Assembly (NCBI GenBank): GCA_964016885.1
Contig: OZ024740.1
Location: 285,696,001-285,760,000, forward strand
Direction: 5' to 3'
DNA from: Eledone cirrhosa
Lineage: Eukaryota
Length of the DNA stretch: 64,000 bases
Notes under the pieces: model-generated
The model's input: the letters and a program-made list of their open reading frames with translations, nothing else
Database searches by the model: none
Told to the model about the DNA's origin: nothing
In this document: positions 1-11,763 of the stretch, piece by piece
How the letters are laid out: every line of letters starts with the position of its first letter
How positions within the stretch are numbered: the stretch's first letter is position 1
Translations under genes and position numbers: made by a program

Positions 1-1074
1 ACAAATAGGTTTTAGGTGGTTTGGTAACCCTTTCGTTACTATATTTCAAATGAAAGACATTGCCTATAATTTTCAAATAATTTTGAGAATAAAGAATTTG
101 AAAGGGTTTAGTAAGGATAATTACAACTTAAAGAAGATGCCTCACATTCAGTAAATATAGTCTTGGCAAAGAGGAGTTGATGTTATCAAACAGTGTCGAA
201 TCCTGCTCCATAACCAAGTTGCTCTTTCTGCCCCCACCCCTCGCCTAAGCTGGTATTTGGAACATAACTCAGTAAATGTTTTGACATAAAATTATGATGG
301 AAGGTTTTTATATAAATATAAACACTTCAAAATAAACAATTTCATATTATAAAACTCAAGGCGGTTTGGCATCAAAGGTGTTTAACTAAATGCAAAGAAA
401 TGGTAACAAACTCTACATAGGAGCTTACAATAAGCAGTACAATGTCTGCATGAACATCAGCATTAAAATGAGATAAATATGAGTCATTGAACTATATGTG
501 GTAAATAGCATCGAACTGTATACAGAATGATATATTAAATAGTACATACTTTCATAACATTAAACTGCAGACCCAGTATTATATAATCAGTATGTGGTGT
601 GTGATGATCGTAAAGCTGAATCTGATACTTGGTGTCAAATTTAAATGGTATGTACATGGTATGTACATGGTATTAAACTGTACATGGTATTATTACATTG
701 TCCAAGTTATTAAAACTGTATATGATATGTTGTATTAAACTGTTCTTGGTATGTGGTATCATGTATTTAATAAAATGTTTTGAATTTAAGCATAATATCT
801 ATTATTATTATCGTCATCATTATCATCTAAATTTTGTGTATTTAGAAGTGAAAAGTAAATCTTCCCTTTGGCTATTTTACAATTGAGATCAATGCCTTAT
901 CAGTTATTGATATCAGAAGCCATTTGGCATATGAGTGAAATTTAACTGTTCATTCATTTGCACGCAACCTGCTAATGCATTTTCACTAGTCTTCATCTCG
1001 TTTTTCATGTGGATGGCTGGCTTTCACTGTTGGATATATACAGTAGGCTTTGCTTTCTTTCCACCCCAAACTTC

Positions 1075-1355
1075 ATCTCTCTCTCTCCCTCATTCCCCCC
1101 ACTCTTTCTCTTTTTCCTTCCCCCCACTCTTTCTCTTTTTCCTTCCCCCCACTCTTTCTCTTTTTCCTTCCCCCACTCTCTCTATCCTTCTCTCTCCCTC
1201 ATCCCCCTCCTCTTCTCCTCTCTTTCTCTATCCCTCACCCTATCACTCTCCCTCACCCTCTCTTTCTATCTCCCTTCTCTCACATCTCTCTCGCTCTACC
1301 CCCTCTCCCATCTCTGCCCCTTCCCTCTTCCTCATCTCACCCCCTCTCTCTCGTA
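1075..1355. repeat. CT-rich low-complexity tract
   Basis: Polypyrimidine with about 25-bp subrepeats. Confidence 0.9.
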
Positions 1356-1683
1356 CACTTCTCAAGGATTTAGTAAGAAAATTCTTGGAATATGATGAGG
1401 CTAGAAAGTCTTATTTCATTTGACACCTCTCACTGGTATCAGGGGTGAGACTGGAGTAGCTTTTTCTAGTCAGATTATTGGATATAACACCTAGTTTTAC
1501 AGGAACCTTCTTTCCACTAAACAGCTTAAACTGTACTCTTCTTTTTCTTTCTATTTCTTTTATTTCTTGCCAATAAATTTGGTTGTTTATATGTGTATGT
1601 ATATACCCCCCCCCCCCCACACACACATACGTACACACCCACACATACGTACACACCCACACACAATTTTTGGGGACACCCTC

Positions 1684-1715
<32 letters not shown>

Positions 1716-1726
1716 GTAATAATAAT

Positions 1727-1900
1727 AATAAATTTGAAGACTAAAATCCAAAGAGGGCTCGATAAGGATAAATATATATCAAATATATAAGAACCGTAGA
1801 GCAAATATGACTGTTAGTTTCAGAAGATCCCGTTAAGGGTGAAAGCAGCGATTCTTTTCTTAAACTTTAATTTGTTATTTTAATAAATATATATATTTTA
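1727..1900 (+). mobile_element. Possible Penelope-like 3' fragment (GIY-YIG C-terminal motif plus degenerate hammerhead)
   Basis: LKTKIQRGLD (1734-1763) resembles the PLE terminal LxTxxPxGLN motif; stop at 1790; then CAGAAGA-T-CCC-GTTAA-GGG-T-GAAA at 1821-1844; TA-repeat flanks. Confidence 0.45.
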
Positions 1901-1912
1901 TACACACACACA

Positions 1913-2011
1913 CAGGATGTCCCCCAAAATGTATACACACTTCAACAACATTCTAATAAATATCGGCTGTACAGGTAATCAAAGTGTGTATATATTTTCG
2001 GGGACACCATG
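1913..2011. mobile_element. Tc1/mariner-like MITE, about 100 bp
   Basis: TIR CAGGATGTCCCCCAAAATGTATACACACTT / AAGTGTGTATATATTTTCGGGGACACCATG. Second copy at 7355-7436; lone right end at about 1665-1685. Confidence 0.75.
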
Positions 2012-2043
<32 letters not shown>

Positions 2044-2048
<5 letters not shown>

Positions 2049-2234
2049 AACCAGTAAGACCCCGACAGCTGAGCTCAAGCCGTTTCGACGGCTAATTCTC
2101 TGAATTAGCCGTCGAAACGGCTTGAGCTCAGCTGTCGGGGTCTTACTGGTTCCTATTACCCACTCTACTACCTCAAGTATTGAGTACTTTGGTGCGTTAT
2201 GGTCCACCTGGTTCCTTACCACATTTCCTTCGTT
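2044..2234 (+). mobile_element. Fold-back palindromic element with 3' half of a hammerhead ribozyme; probable Penelope-like element terminus, copy 1
   Basis: Perfect 55-bp arms 2044-2098 and 2102-2156, loop TCT, 78-nt unpaired tail, (TA)n on both sides. Right arm contains GAAACGGC-TTGAGCTCA-GCTGTC-GGGGTC. Confidence 0.75.
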
Positions 2235-2464
2235 ATATATATATATATATATATATATACACGCATTTCATTTCATTTCATTATTTTTCACCGAATTCTT
2301 GGTAAATAATTAGAAAATTATGAAGCCCTTAATTATATATTTATATATCCAAGTAAATACACACACAAATTCATTTATATGCAAATGAACATGACTTCAG
2401 GAGAAAAAGAAAAAAGAAATGTTTGTTTTTCATTTTCTCTAGTTTCATTTTAAACACACACACA

Positions 2465-3550
2465 CACTTTCTCCCTCTTTGTGCCTGTCTTTCTAATCTC
2501 TCTCTCTGTTTGTCTGATACTCTCTTTCTCTCTCTTTCTGTTTGTCTGGTTCTCTCTTTCTCTCTGTTTATCTGGAACTCTTTCTCTCTCTATTTCTATT
2601 TGTCTGACTCTCTCTTTCTGTGTTTGTCTGACACACTTTCTCTCTCTTTTTCTGTTTGTCTGAGTCTCTCTTTCTCTCTCTACTTGTCTCTCTCCGTCTC
2701 TCTCTTTCTCTCTCTTTCTTTTGCTCTCTCTCTTTCTCTCTCTTTCTTTTGCTCTCTCTCTTTCTCTCTCTTTCTTTTGCTCTCTCTCTCTCTTTCTTTT
2801 GCTCTCTCTCTCTCACTCTGTCTGCCTGTCTCCCCCCCTCCCCTCTGACTACCTGTCCCTCTGTCTACATGTCTCTCCCCATCCCTCTCTCTCATCCACC
2901 ACCACCAGCAATTCTAAGCAATAATAATAGCGGCCTTGTGTATTTTAAGTATTACTTGTTAAATCTTACATTATTACATAGCTTTGTATTGTGATATTAT
3001 TTAAAAAGTAATCACCATATATAGTGGTGCCACTCCAGGAAATTACTTCTTACCAACTAAACCAATAGATTTTTTTGTGTGCATGTGTAAACATTTCCCC
3101 TTTTTTACTGTCTGTCTGCCCTCCCTTCCCCATTTCTCCCCCACCATCTGACCTCCTTGTATCACATCCCCACATCTCCCCGCTCCCTATCTCACATCCC
3201 CACATCTCACCCCCTCCCCCTATCTACCCCCCCCCCATATCTCACATCCCCACATCTCCCCTCTATCCCCCACACCTCCACTACCCCCCTATCTCACATC
3301 CCCACCATCTCTCCTGCCCCATCTCACACGCCCCATCTCACACCTCCCCCATCTCCCCTCCCCCATCTCCCCCATATTTCCCCTCCCACATCTCCCCTCC
3401 CCATCCCCCTCTCTCTCTGCTTGTAAGGTTTCACTCGCCTTCTATTCCTATTTTATTTTCTCTCCCCCTCTCTTTCTCTTGACCCTCTCCCTGCTTCTCT
3501 GTTTGTCTCTCTCTCTTTATCTCTCTGTTACTCTCTCTCTCTCTCTCTCC
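2465..3550. repeat. (CT)n and C-rich low-complexity tracts
   Basis: 2470-2895 CT-rich; 3100-3550 CCCCACATCT-like. Confidence 0.88.
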
Positions 3551-3981
3551 ATGTTTAGGTTTAGCTTCTTGTAATCCTCCTTTGTATTGAGTTCCACTGC
3601 ACCACCACCACCACCACCACTATTATCACCTCCCCCCCCCCCAACACTGCTACCAGCCCCACCATCGCCATCAACACTATTATCACCACCCCACAATCAT
3701 CAATACTACCGCCACCACCACCACCATTCTTTCATATCAGTTATCACTATTCTTTTGGCCTTATTTATTTAGTTTTGAAGTCTATCTGTTTACATATTGT
3801 ATAATTAGAAAGGAACAGTCTGTTCTTGTTATTGCATCGCTACTTGTAGAATTTCTGGTATGTTTTTAAAACAAGGGGAAAAAATGAGATTTTTCCACAA
3901 GTGACACATGAGATCCTTGCTTTTTTTTACACTCATTGAAAATTATGTCAAAGAAATAACAGCAGCAACAACAATAATAAT

Positions 3982-4169
3982 TGTTTCTACTTTAGGCACA
4001 AGGCCAGCAATTACCTAGTGCATTACTGGTACTTTATTTTATCGACCCCATAAGGATGAAAGGCAAAGTCAACCTCGGCGGGATTTGAACTCAGATCGTA
4101 AAGGAACGTAACTATGCTGGAAAGCATGGCGTCCGACCCTCCACCGATACTGCCAATCAACCGCCCTAA
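3982..4169 (-). mobile_element. tRNA-derived SINE family S1 (Meta-domain-like core)
   Basis: Minus strand: A box TGGCAGTATCGG, B box GAGTTCAAATCC, core GCCTTTCATCCTT..GGGGTCGATAAAATAAAGTACCAG. 15-bp TSD AACAACAATAATAAT at 3967-3981 and 4170-4184. Confidence 0.88.
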
Positions 4170-5444
4170 AACAACAATAATAATGGTTTCTAATTCAGGC
4201 ACAAGGCCAGCAATTTTGGATGATGTGGGGGAGGAAAGTCGATTATATCAATCCTGTATTTGGCTGGTAGTTTGTTATCAAACCATGAAAGATGTAGTAT
4301 TAGATGAAAGAAAAATAGATGAGTTATTTTAAATTAGTCATTTTTACAGTAATATCTGTCCCTTTGATACTTCTTAGTCCCGTAAATTTTGATGGAGCTG
4401 TAGGGACGCCATATTGACATACAGCATTTCTTGGGTATTTTAAGCCTGCTAGAGCCCATCCCTCGCCAGGTCTGAGTATAGCAGATTTCTTACAGAGAAA
4501 GATAGCAAGTGAAAAAGAGATATAGAGGAAGAATCGACTAGACTGGTAATTCTTCTATTGACTTCAAAAGGATGAAAGGCAAAGTTGATCTCAGTGGGAT
4601 TTGAACTCAGGGAGTAGAGCTGGGACAAATACCACAAAATGCTCTACCTGATGTTCTAACGAATCTGCCAATTTGCTGTCATTTTCTTTGATACTAACCT
4701 CACCAAAACCGACTGAGATTCTATGAAAAAGGGATTCTTTTTAATGGAGATCTTCCACCATAATTACATGTTAAGTTACTATCTTAGTAGCTAATAATTT
4801 TAGTAAATCCCACTAAATTCTTTGTTAATTCAAATCCAGTGTATATCATTAGAAATATGGTAACAAAAGGGTTAAATGTATTGTGTATATTCGAGTGTAG
4901 CGTTATTTAACATTATGGCTTTTGACTGCATGTTCAGTTTTGGTTGTGGTTACAATTTCAATTGATTAATTCAACAGCAGCCTGCTATTGAAATGATATT
5001 GATTACAGAAGTAATGTTGTGTTTTCTAGTAGTGGTTGCTAGTAGGGGAATAACAGTAGGTTTTAAAGTTTCTCATGTCATCAGTGGTCGAGGAATAACA
5101 GAAGTGTGTTTTTTAAGTTTTGTTATACTGCATCTCCTCAGCATAAATGCCTTCTCTAATCTGTCTGCTGGGGTGGTCAGCGCATGGGCCCCCATTTGCC
5201 CACAACTGTGAGAGATAGGGAGAGCAGGAGAGACAGAGGCAGTAACAGTAGGAGTTTGGTTCTTTTATGTTCGGACCTGGTGTATATATGTGTATATAAG
5301 AGAGAATGAGTATTTGGTATTTAACAGTCGATTGTGTGAGGTTTACTTAACAAAGGTTCTTACATAAAATTATGTTGACATTTTCTTACAGTAGGGAGAT
5401 AGCAGTAATGTTTTAAAGTATCACATGTCACCACTTGTAATGTT

Positions 5445-5673
5445 TTAACCCTTTAGTATTTACATTACTCTATATATATTATTATATTTTCATGGTAGAG
5501 GCTTTACCTTACATACTTATCTCACATAATATCGAATCTATGAGATTTTGATGTTATTTATTTTGAGAACAATACCTTAACATCAGTATGAGTGGCCAGT
5601 TACAGCGGGTTTGAACAGAAAGATGTGAGAGAATTCTGGCCGGATATGGCTGGCTTAAATGCTAAAGGGTTAA
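5445..5673 (+). mobile_element. piggyBac-like MITE family A
   Basis: TTAA|CCCTTTAG...CTAAAGGG|TTAA termini, about 220 bp. Confidence 0.85.
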
Positions 5674-5791
5674 AGAGTAAAGATGATGATAAACACTTTA
5701 AAATAAACAATATTGTAGAACCAGAGGTGGTTTCAGATGGTTAGGTATGAAAAAGCTTAAATTACCCACTTTGTCACTTATAGGGTAATAA

Positions 5792-6108
5792 CTGGCACTC
5801 CATTGGTTATGACAATGAGTGTTTCAGTTGATTCAATCAGTGGAACAGTCTGCTCATGAAATTAATGTGCAAGTGGATAAACATTCCACTGGCACATGTA
5901 CCCTTAACGTAGTTCTCAGGGAGATTCAGCATGACATAGAATATGACAAGGCTGGCCCTTCAAATTACAGGTGTAACTGATTTTTGCCAGCTAAGTGGAC
6001 TGGAGCAAAATAAAGTGTTTCGATTAAGGACACAATGCACTGCCGGGTATCAAACTCATGACCTTTTAATCGTGAGCCAAATACCCTAACCACTAAACCA
6101 TGCACCTT
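5792..6108 (-). mobile_element. tRNA-derived SINE family S3 (S2-like head and CORE, different 3' half)
   Basis: Minus-strand head tggtttagtggttagggt..gagtttgatacc, gtgtcctt..acactttattt. Further copies at about 7610-7925(-), 32855-33090(+) and 63300-63550(+). Confidence 0.7.
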
Positions 6109-6118
6109 CCCTGTAGGG

Positions 6119-6423
6119 CAGGGGTGTGTAACATATTCCATTGACAGGCCACTTTTGAACATTTGAACAACTATTAGGGCCAACACTATTCCAAAGATTC
6201 ACCACAACTTCTTTCCATAACATGGAACTGGGAAATTATAACACACATAACCCTATCAGTGAAGCCCCTTAGTATAGGTCAACTAACAGAAAATTGTATT
6301 ACGGTTATGAAAAAAATCCTAAATAAGCCTACAAGGTAAAAATTAAAAACGGTCATTGTGGGCCATTCTGACTGGTTTGGCAGACCGGATTGTGGCCCGT
6401 GGGCCACCTGTTGCATGCCCCTG
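6119..6423. mobile_element. hAT-like MITE
   Basis: CAGGGGTGTGTAACA...TGTTGCATGCCCCTG; TSD CTGTAGGG/CTTTAGGG. Confidence 0.75.
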
Positions 6424-6796
6424 CTTTAGGGTAATAATAGTAGTCTTATCACCAGTAGAGAAACAGCAGTAGTGTTTTTTTAAGTTTGTCATGTTGTTTC
6501 CAATAGGGAAATTGTAGTAGTTTTTATTCAACACTGGAATCCAGAAATTTCATCTCTGCTGGATCTGTGGATTTCACCCAGGTTAAGAATTACTGGTTGG
6601 ATTAAACCATTGTAGTTCAGTTTACACTGGAACATATCATCATCATGTTATTATGTAGGGGTTTTCATGCTGGCATGGATTGGACAAGTTAGTACTTAAT
6701 CAAAATTACTGTCTTTCCAGATGGGTCAGGCACCCATGTTTCATCTAATATGAAAACTATTGAAAACTTTACTATGAGTGGCTCTGTGATATCAAT

Positions 6797-6947
6797 AATT
6801 GTTTCTACTTTTGGCACAAGGCCAGCAATTACCCAGTGTATTACTGGTACTTTATTTTATCGACCCCATAAGGATGAAAGACAAAGTTAACCTCGGCGGG
6901 ATTTGAACTCAGAATGGCAAGGGCCGTAACTCTATGCGTCAAAGCAT
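6797..6947 (-). mobile_element. SINE S1, 5'-truncated
   Basis: Same core and tail as 3982-4169. Confidence 0.8.
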
Positions 6948-7354
6948 ATCAATAATGATGGTAAGAGCATTAAATATATTAAATTTTTCAAGTTCAGGAT
7001 TGGTATGCCATAAACACAGGATTACTGGATATAGGAAGAATCATACAAACTAGGAAATTTGCATTTTTATAAATTAATGGTTTGCATAAGGAAAAACCTA
7101 TAGTTATTGTTGGTTACCAATACGTAGAAGTGATTAAAGATAAGAATAATATTTTAATAATTTATTACAAGGAAATAATTAGTAAATGTTCAGCATATAA
7201 GTACAAATGACATACATGATTAAATGTATAAGAAACGTTTGATAAATAACTGTGTATAGGGAGAGGGAACTTCTTATTGCTGAACTGGGAAATACATTGT
7301 GTATATGTATGTCTGCATGTGTAAATTCTGAAGAGTTATAGACATATATATATA

Positions 7355-7430
7355 CAGGGTGTCTCAAAAAATGTATACACACTTCAACAGCATTCTAATA
7401 GATATGTGTATATATTTTGGAGGGACACAC

Positions 7431-7436
<6 letters not shown>
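7355..7436. mobile_element. Tc1/mariner-like MITE copy
   Basis: TA|CAGGGTGTCTCAAAAAATGTATACAC...GGGACACACACCCT|ATA. Confidence 0.72.
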
Positions 7437-7509
<73 letters not shown>

Positions 7510-7609
7510 CACTGTGTATATATAACAAACACACATGGTTGATGAATAAAAATAATTTGAAACCCACTGATTGAAACTAGTAAAAAAAGAGTAACCTGCT
7601 TCATGTTGG

Positions 7610-7925
7610 ACTTTCATTGGTTCTGACGAGTGTTTCAGTTATTTGACCAATGGAACAACCTACTTGTGAGATTTTGTAAGTGGCTGAGCATTCCACAGAC
7701 ACATGTACCCTTTATGTAGTTCTCAGGGGGGTTTAGCATAGTATAGTGTGTGACATGGCTAACTCTTTGAATTACAGGTACAATTAATTTTTGCCAGCTG
7801 AGTGGACTGGAGCAGCATGAAGTAAAGTATCTTGTTCAAGGATACAACATGCTACTGAGAATTGAACTCATGACCTTATATGATCATGTGCCAAGCACCC
7901 TAAACACAAAGTCACATTGCCTTCA
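7610..7925 (-). mobile_element. SINE S3 copy
   Basis: Collinear with 5792-6108. Confidence 0.68.
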
Positions 7926-8471
7926 TATAATTGCTTTATAACATTATTTAATTTTTTAGAATTTATTTTAGTAGTGGAGTTCTCACAAACTATAGTTGGG
8001 GGCCACAGTATTTGTTGAGTAGCATCCTAGTTTGAGGCCTTGTGGTTCTGAGATCCCCTCCCCTCCATAAAATCAATAAAATGGTAGTTTTGAGTCAAGT
8101 CAGTGCCCTCTACTCTGTAAGAGAAAAGAAGAAAAAGACTAAAACCCCTTTTATTGTAAAACTTGCCCATGTTTCTACATTTCTACATTTCTCTTTTCAA
8201 TATAATAACAAAAAAAGCAACAACAAATAAACAAACAAAAATAACAAAACCAAAAAAAAAACAAAAAATCCCTTAATATTGGACATAGTTATTCTTGCTT
8301 TAAGCCTTTCCGTATGCTGATTAATGTTTAAGGAGTCACCCTGGCTGCAAACACAGTGAAATGAATATTTTAAAATTGAATCTTTTAAGCTTTCTAAAAC
8401 TGGTATGACTGTCATATAATGCAGTGGATTAGCAGAGACATTGGAATATCAGAAATAATGTTTGGGCAGCT

Positions 8472-8801
8472 TTCATTCCAGCTGTCTGTGTTCTGAGTTC
8501 AAAGCCCACCAAAGTCAACTTTGCCTTTCATTCCGGCTGTCTGTGTTCTGAGTTCAAAGCCCACCAAAGTCAACTTTGCCTTTCATTCCGGCTGTCTGTG
8601 TTCTGAGTTCAAAGCCCACCAAAGTCAACTTTGCCTTTCATTCCGGCTGTCTGTGTTCTGAGTTCAAAGCCCACCAAAGTCAACTTTGCCTTTCATTCCG
8701 GCTGTCTGTGTTCTGAGTTCAAAGCCCACCAAAGTCAACTTTGCCTTTCATTCCAGCTGTCTGTGTTCTGAGTTCAAAGCCCACCAAAGTCAACTTTGCC
8801 T
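8472..8801 (+). repeat. 6 x 55-bp tandem repeat inside an S1-type SINE
   Basis: Unit TTCATTCCRGCTGTCTGTGTTCTGAGTTCAAAGCCCACCAAAGTCAACTTTGCCT starting at 8472, 8527, 8582, 8637, 8692 and 8747. Confidence 0.95.
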
Positions 8802-10685
8802 TTCACTCTTTGATAAATAAAGTACCAGTCCAGTGTTCTAAAGAGTATGTTGAACCCAGAGGCTCATCAGGCCAGTGCTTATCTGGTTTCTGTGGCATTA
8901 TGTAACTAAGAGTACAAGACTCCTTTCCCCCAATCCCCGGGAAGGACGCCAATCCATGACATGGTTAAACCCCCAACAATTGGTTCTCATTTTTAGTTGA
9001 ATATACTGGAGCAATGTGAAATGAAATGTTTTGCTCAAGAACACAACGCAACCCGGTCAAGGAATTGAACCCATGACATTATGATTGTAAGTCAAACACC
9101 CTTACCACAAGGTCATGCACCTTCACAATTCAGTATTAGGGTTGATGTGTTTTCCTGTATATATCTTTTACAGTCTCACTTGCTCTCTTTTTGTCTGGAA
9201 GAACTCAGCAGTGTTCAGGCCTTGAGTGGGATGGGTTCTGCCAGGTTTAAATGCCTAAGACAATATGTTACAACAGCATCAGGAGTTAGGGGACCATGGC
9301 ATGACAGTTGTCATCACTTTTATGCCTACTTTTTCCATGCTGGCATGGGTTTGATGAAATATTTTGAAGCAGTGTTCTATGGCCAAATGCCCTTCTTGGA
9401 CCCAGCTCTTGCTGTTGTGTATTGATAAATGTTTGAGAAACTTTGGAGAACAGGGACAGAAGTAGAGTTAAAACTTGGGACTTATGATTGGAAAGCAAAC
9501 TTCTTATTGTAGCAACATGACTGAGATAGGAAATGCATTGTGTGCATGTTTGTATGTGTAAATTTTTAAAGAGTTACAAACTCAAACTCTTACACACACA
9601 GACACACATATGTATAAGTTAAAGTTTGTCCCAAGCCATCAGGCAGTTTCATTTTTCAGAAACATTTATATATATGTTTATATCATTGTCATCATTTAAC
9701 ATCCATTTTCTCTGTTAGCAAGAAGTACTACTGACTTCTCAGGTGTGGGGGCTGTATCTTGCTTACATATGCTCCTGTCTGTGCTTCAACAAGTACATTT
9801 TATCATGGCACCATCACTAGGGAGGTTGTCATGTCTTTGACACAGCTGAAGAGCCCTCCCAACCCTTTCTTTGGCAGGTTTTCTAATGCTGGATGCCCTT
9901 CCTATCACCAGCCATTTTACAGAGTACACTGTGTGTATTTATCATACAGATCATCAACATTAAGAAGGTTATGTTTTTGACACAACTAAAAAGTCCTTTC
10001 GACCCTTTGTTTGGCAATTTTCTATGGTTGGATGGATTTCCTTATACCAACCACTTTAAAGTGTATACTGGATGCTTTTATCAAGGTTGTCATATCATTG
10101 ACACAATTAGAAAGTCATCTCAACCCATTTTGGCATGTTTTCTACAGTGGGATGCCCTTCCTATTGCCAACCAATGTACAGGATGTACTGGGTGCATTTT
10201 GCATGGCACCAACACTATAGAGGTTGTTAGTCATTGATTCAAATGGAGACCCCTCACTCCCCTACTGGAGAGAAAGAAGATTTATAAATATATATACAAA
10301 CACACATGACATAATATTATAGTTGATTTACTTTTGTTTTAAAGAAATGTTAAAGATTATAGTGTTGCCATCTGTAAGTAGAACAGTTATAAACTGAAAG
10401 TGTTATATATCAAAACTGATGGTTTTATATATCACCATCTGTACTCCATTGATTCAATATCAGATGGAATATGGTCATGCACTAAATAAATTCAGCACAA
10501 TCAATGATTAACGTATTCTATTTACCTATTCTTAGTAACAAAAATGTAACAACCTAATTTTTAAATCAAACTGTGTGGTTACAATGATAATACCATTAAA
10601 AAATATAGGAAACAGAAAACTTGGAAGAGACAAGCGCATGGACAATTCCTGCACACCAACTGTCTTCTGGGGATAATTAAACTTT

Positions 10686-10726
<41 letters not shown>

Positions 10727-11763
10727 TTACAATTAGAAAAAATATTGGGTGAAGAGATTCTCCAGTCTGACCAAGCATATGTCAATCTCTCTAGTGTTGG
10801 TGCCACAATAAAATGCATCCATCATACTTTGTAAAGTGGTTGATCAAAGAGATGCAGTATAGGGAAGAGATGAGCATCTGAAACCTTTTCTATTGCTGGT
10901 GCTATGATAGAATGCACTCAGTACACTCTATAAAGTGATTATGCTGGTCCCACAATAACATGCATCCAGTATACTCTGTAAGGTGGTTAGCATTAGGAAG
11001 GCATCCGGCCACAAAAACCATGCCAAATATAGAATGTATAGGTAGGATGAGATCTATCTTATTTGTCTAGTCTCAGTCTGTGACATCACAACCAATCCAT
11101 GCTAGCATGAAATGCAGACATAAGAGGATGATGATGTGTGTGTATATGTGTTTGTTTATCATTTATACCATATAACTTAGCAGTTTGACAAATAAATATT
11201 GAAATATGTCAAATTTAAAAAGACTAACTACTGGGGTTGACATGGTGGTATTTCAGTATGGTCAGTCTTATAACAGAAACCAGTAAAAGATGATATATTG
11301 TCAGCATCATCATCATCCTCATTTAACACCTGCTTTCACTGCTAGCAAGTGGCCACTGATGTCCCAGGCTGGCCAAGGAGATCTGTAACCTGCTTACATA
11401 TAGTCATTATCGAGTACAGAGGGGAAGTTGTTCTGTCTTTTGATACAAACTGAAGAGTCCTCCTGACTCCTTGTTTGGCAAACTTTATTTGGCTCGATGC
11501 CCTTCCTAACACCAACCACTTTACTGTGTGTACTGGGTGCTTTTATTGTGCAGATCACCAGCAAAAAAGGGGCTGTCGTGTCCTTGATGCTAAAGGGTCC
11601 TCTGAACCCTTTATTTGGCAAGCTGCCTATGGCCTCATGCCCTTCTTATCACTAACCACTTTACAGCGTGTATTGGGTGCGTTTATCGTGTAGATCACTT
11701 TATATATACAAATACACATGCACACTCACATGTAATTTAGTTTTTTCCAGGTTAGCTGATATT

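Noticed and set aside
935-3772. Ser/Leu/Pro-rich and Arg/Glu-rich ORFs
   Set aside because: CT- and C-rich low-complexity tracts.
8472-8801. CRISPR-like regular array (also 25277-25570 and 27006-27262)
   Set aside because: Contiguous units without unique spacers, no cas genes, eukaryotic context.
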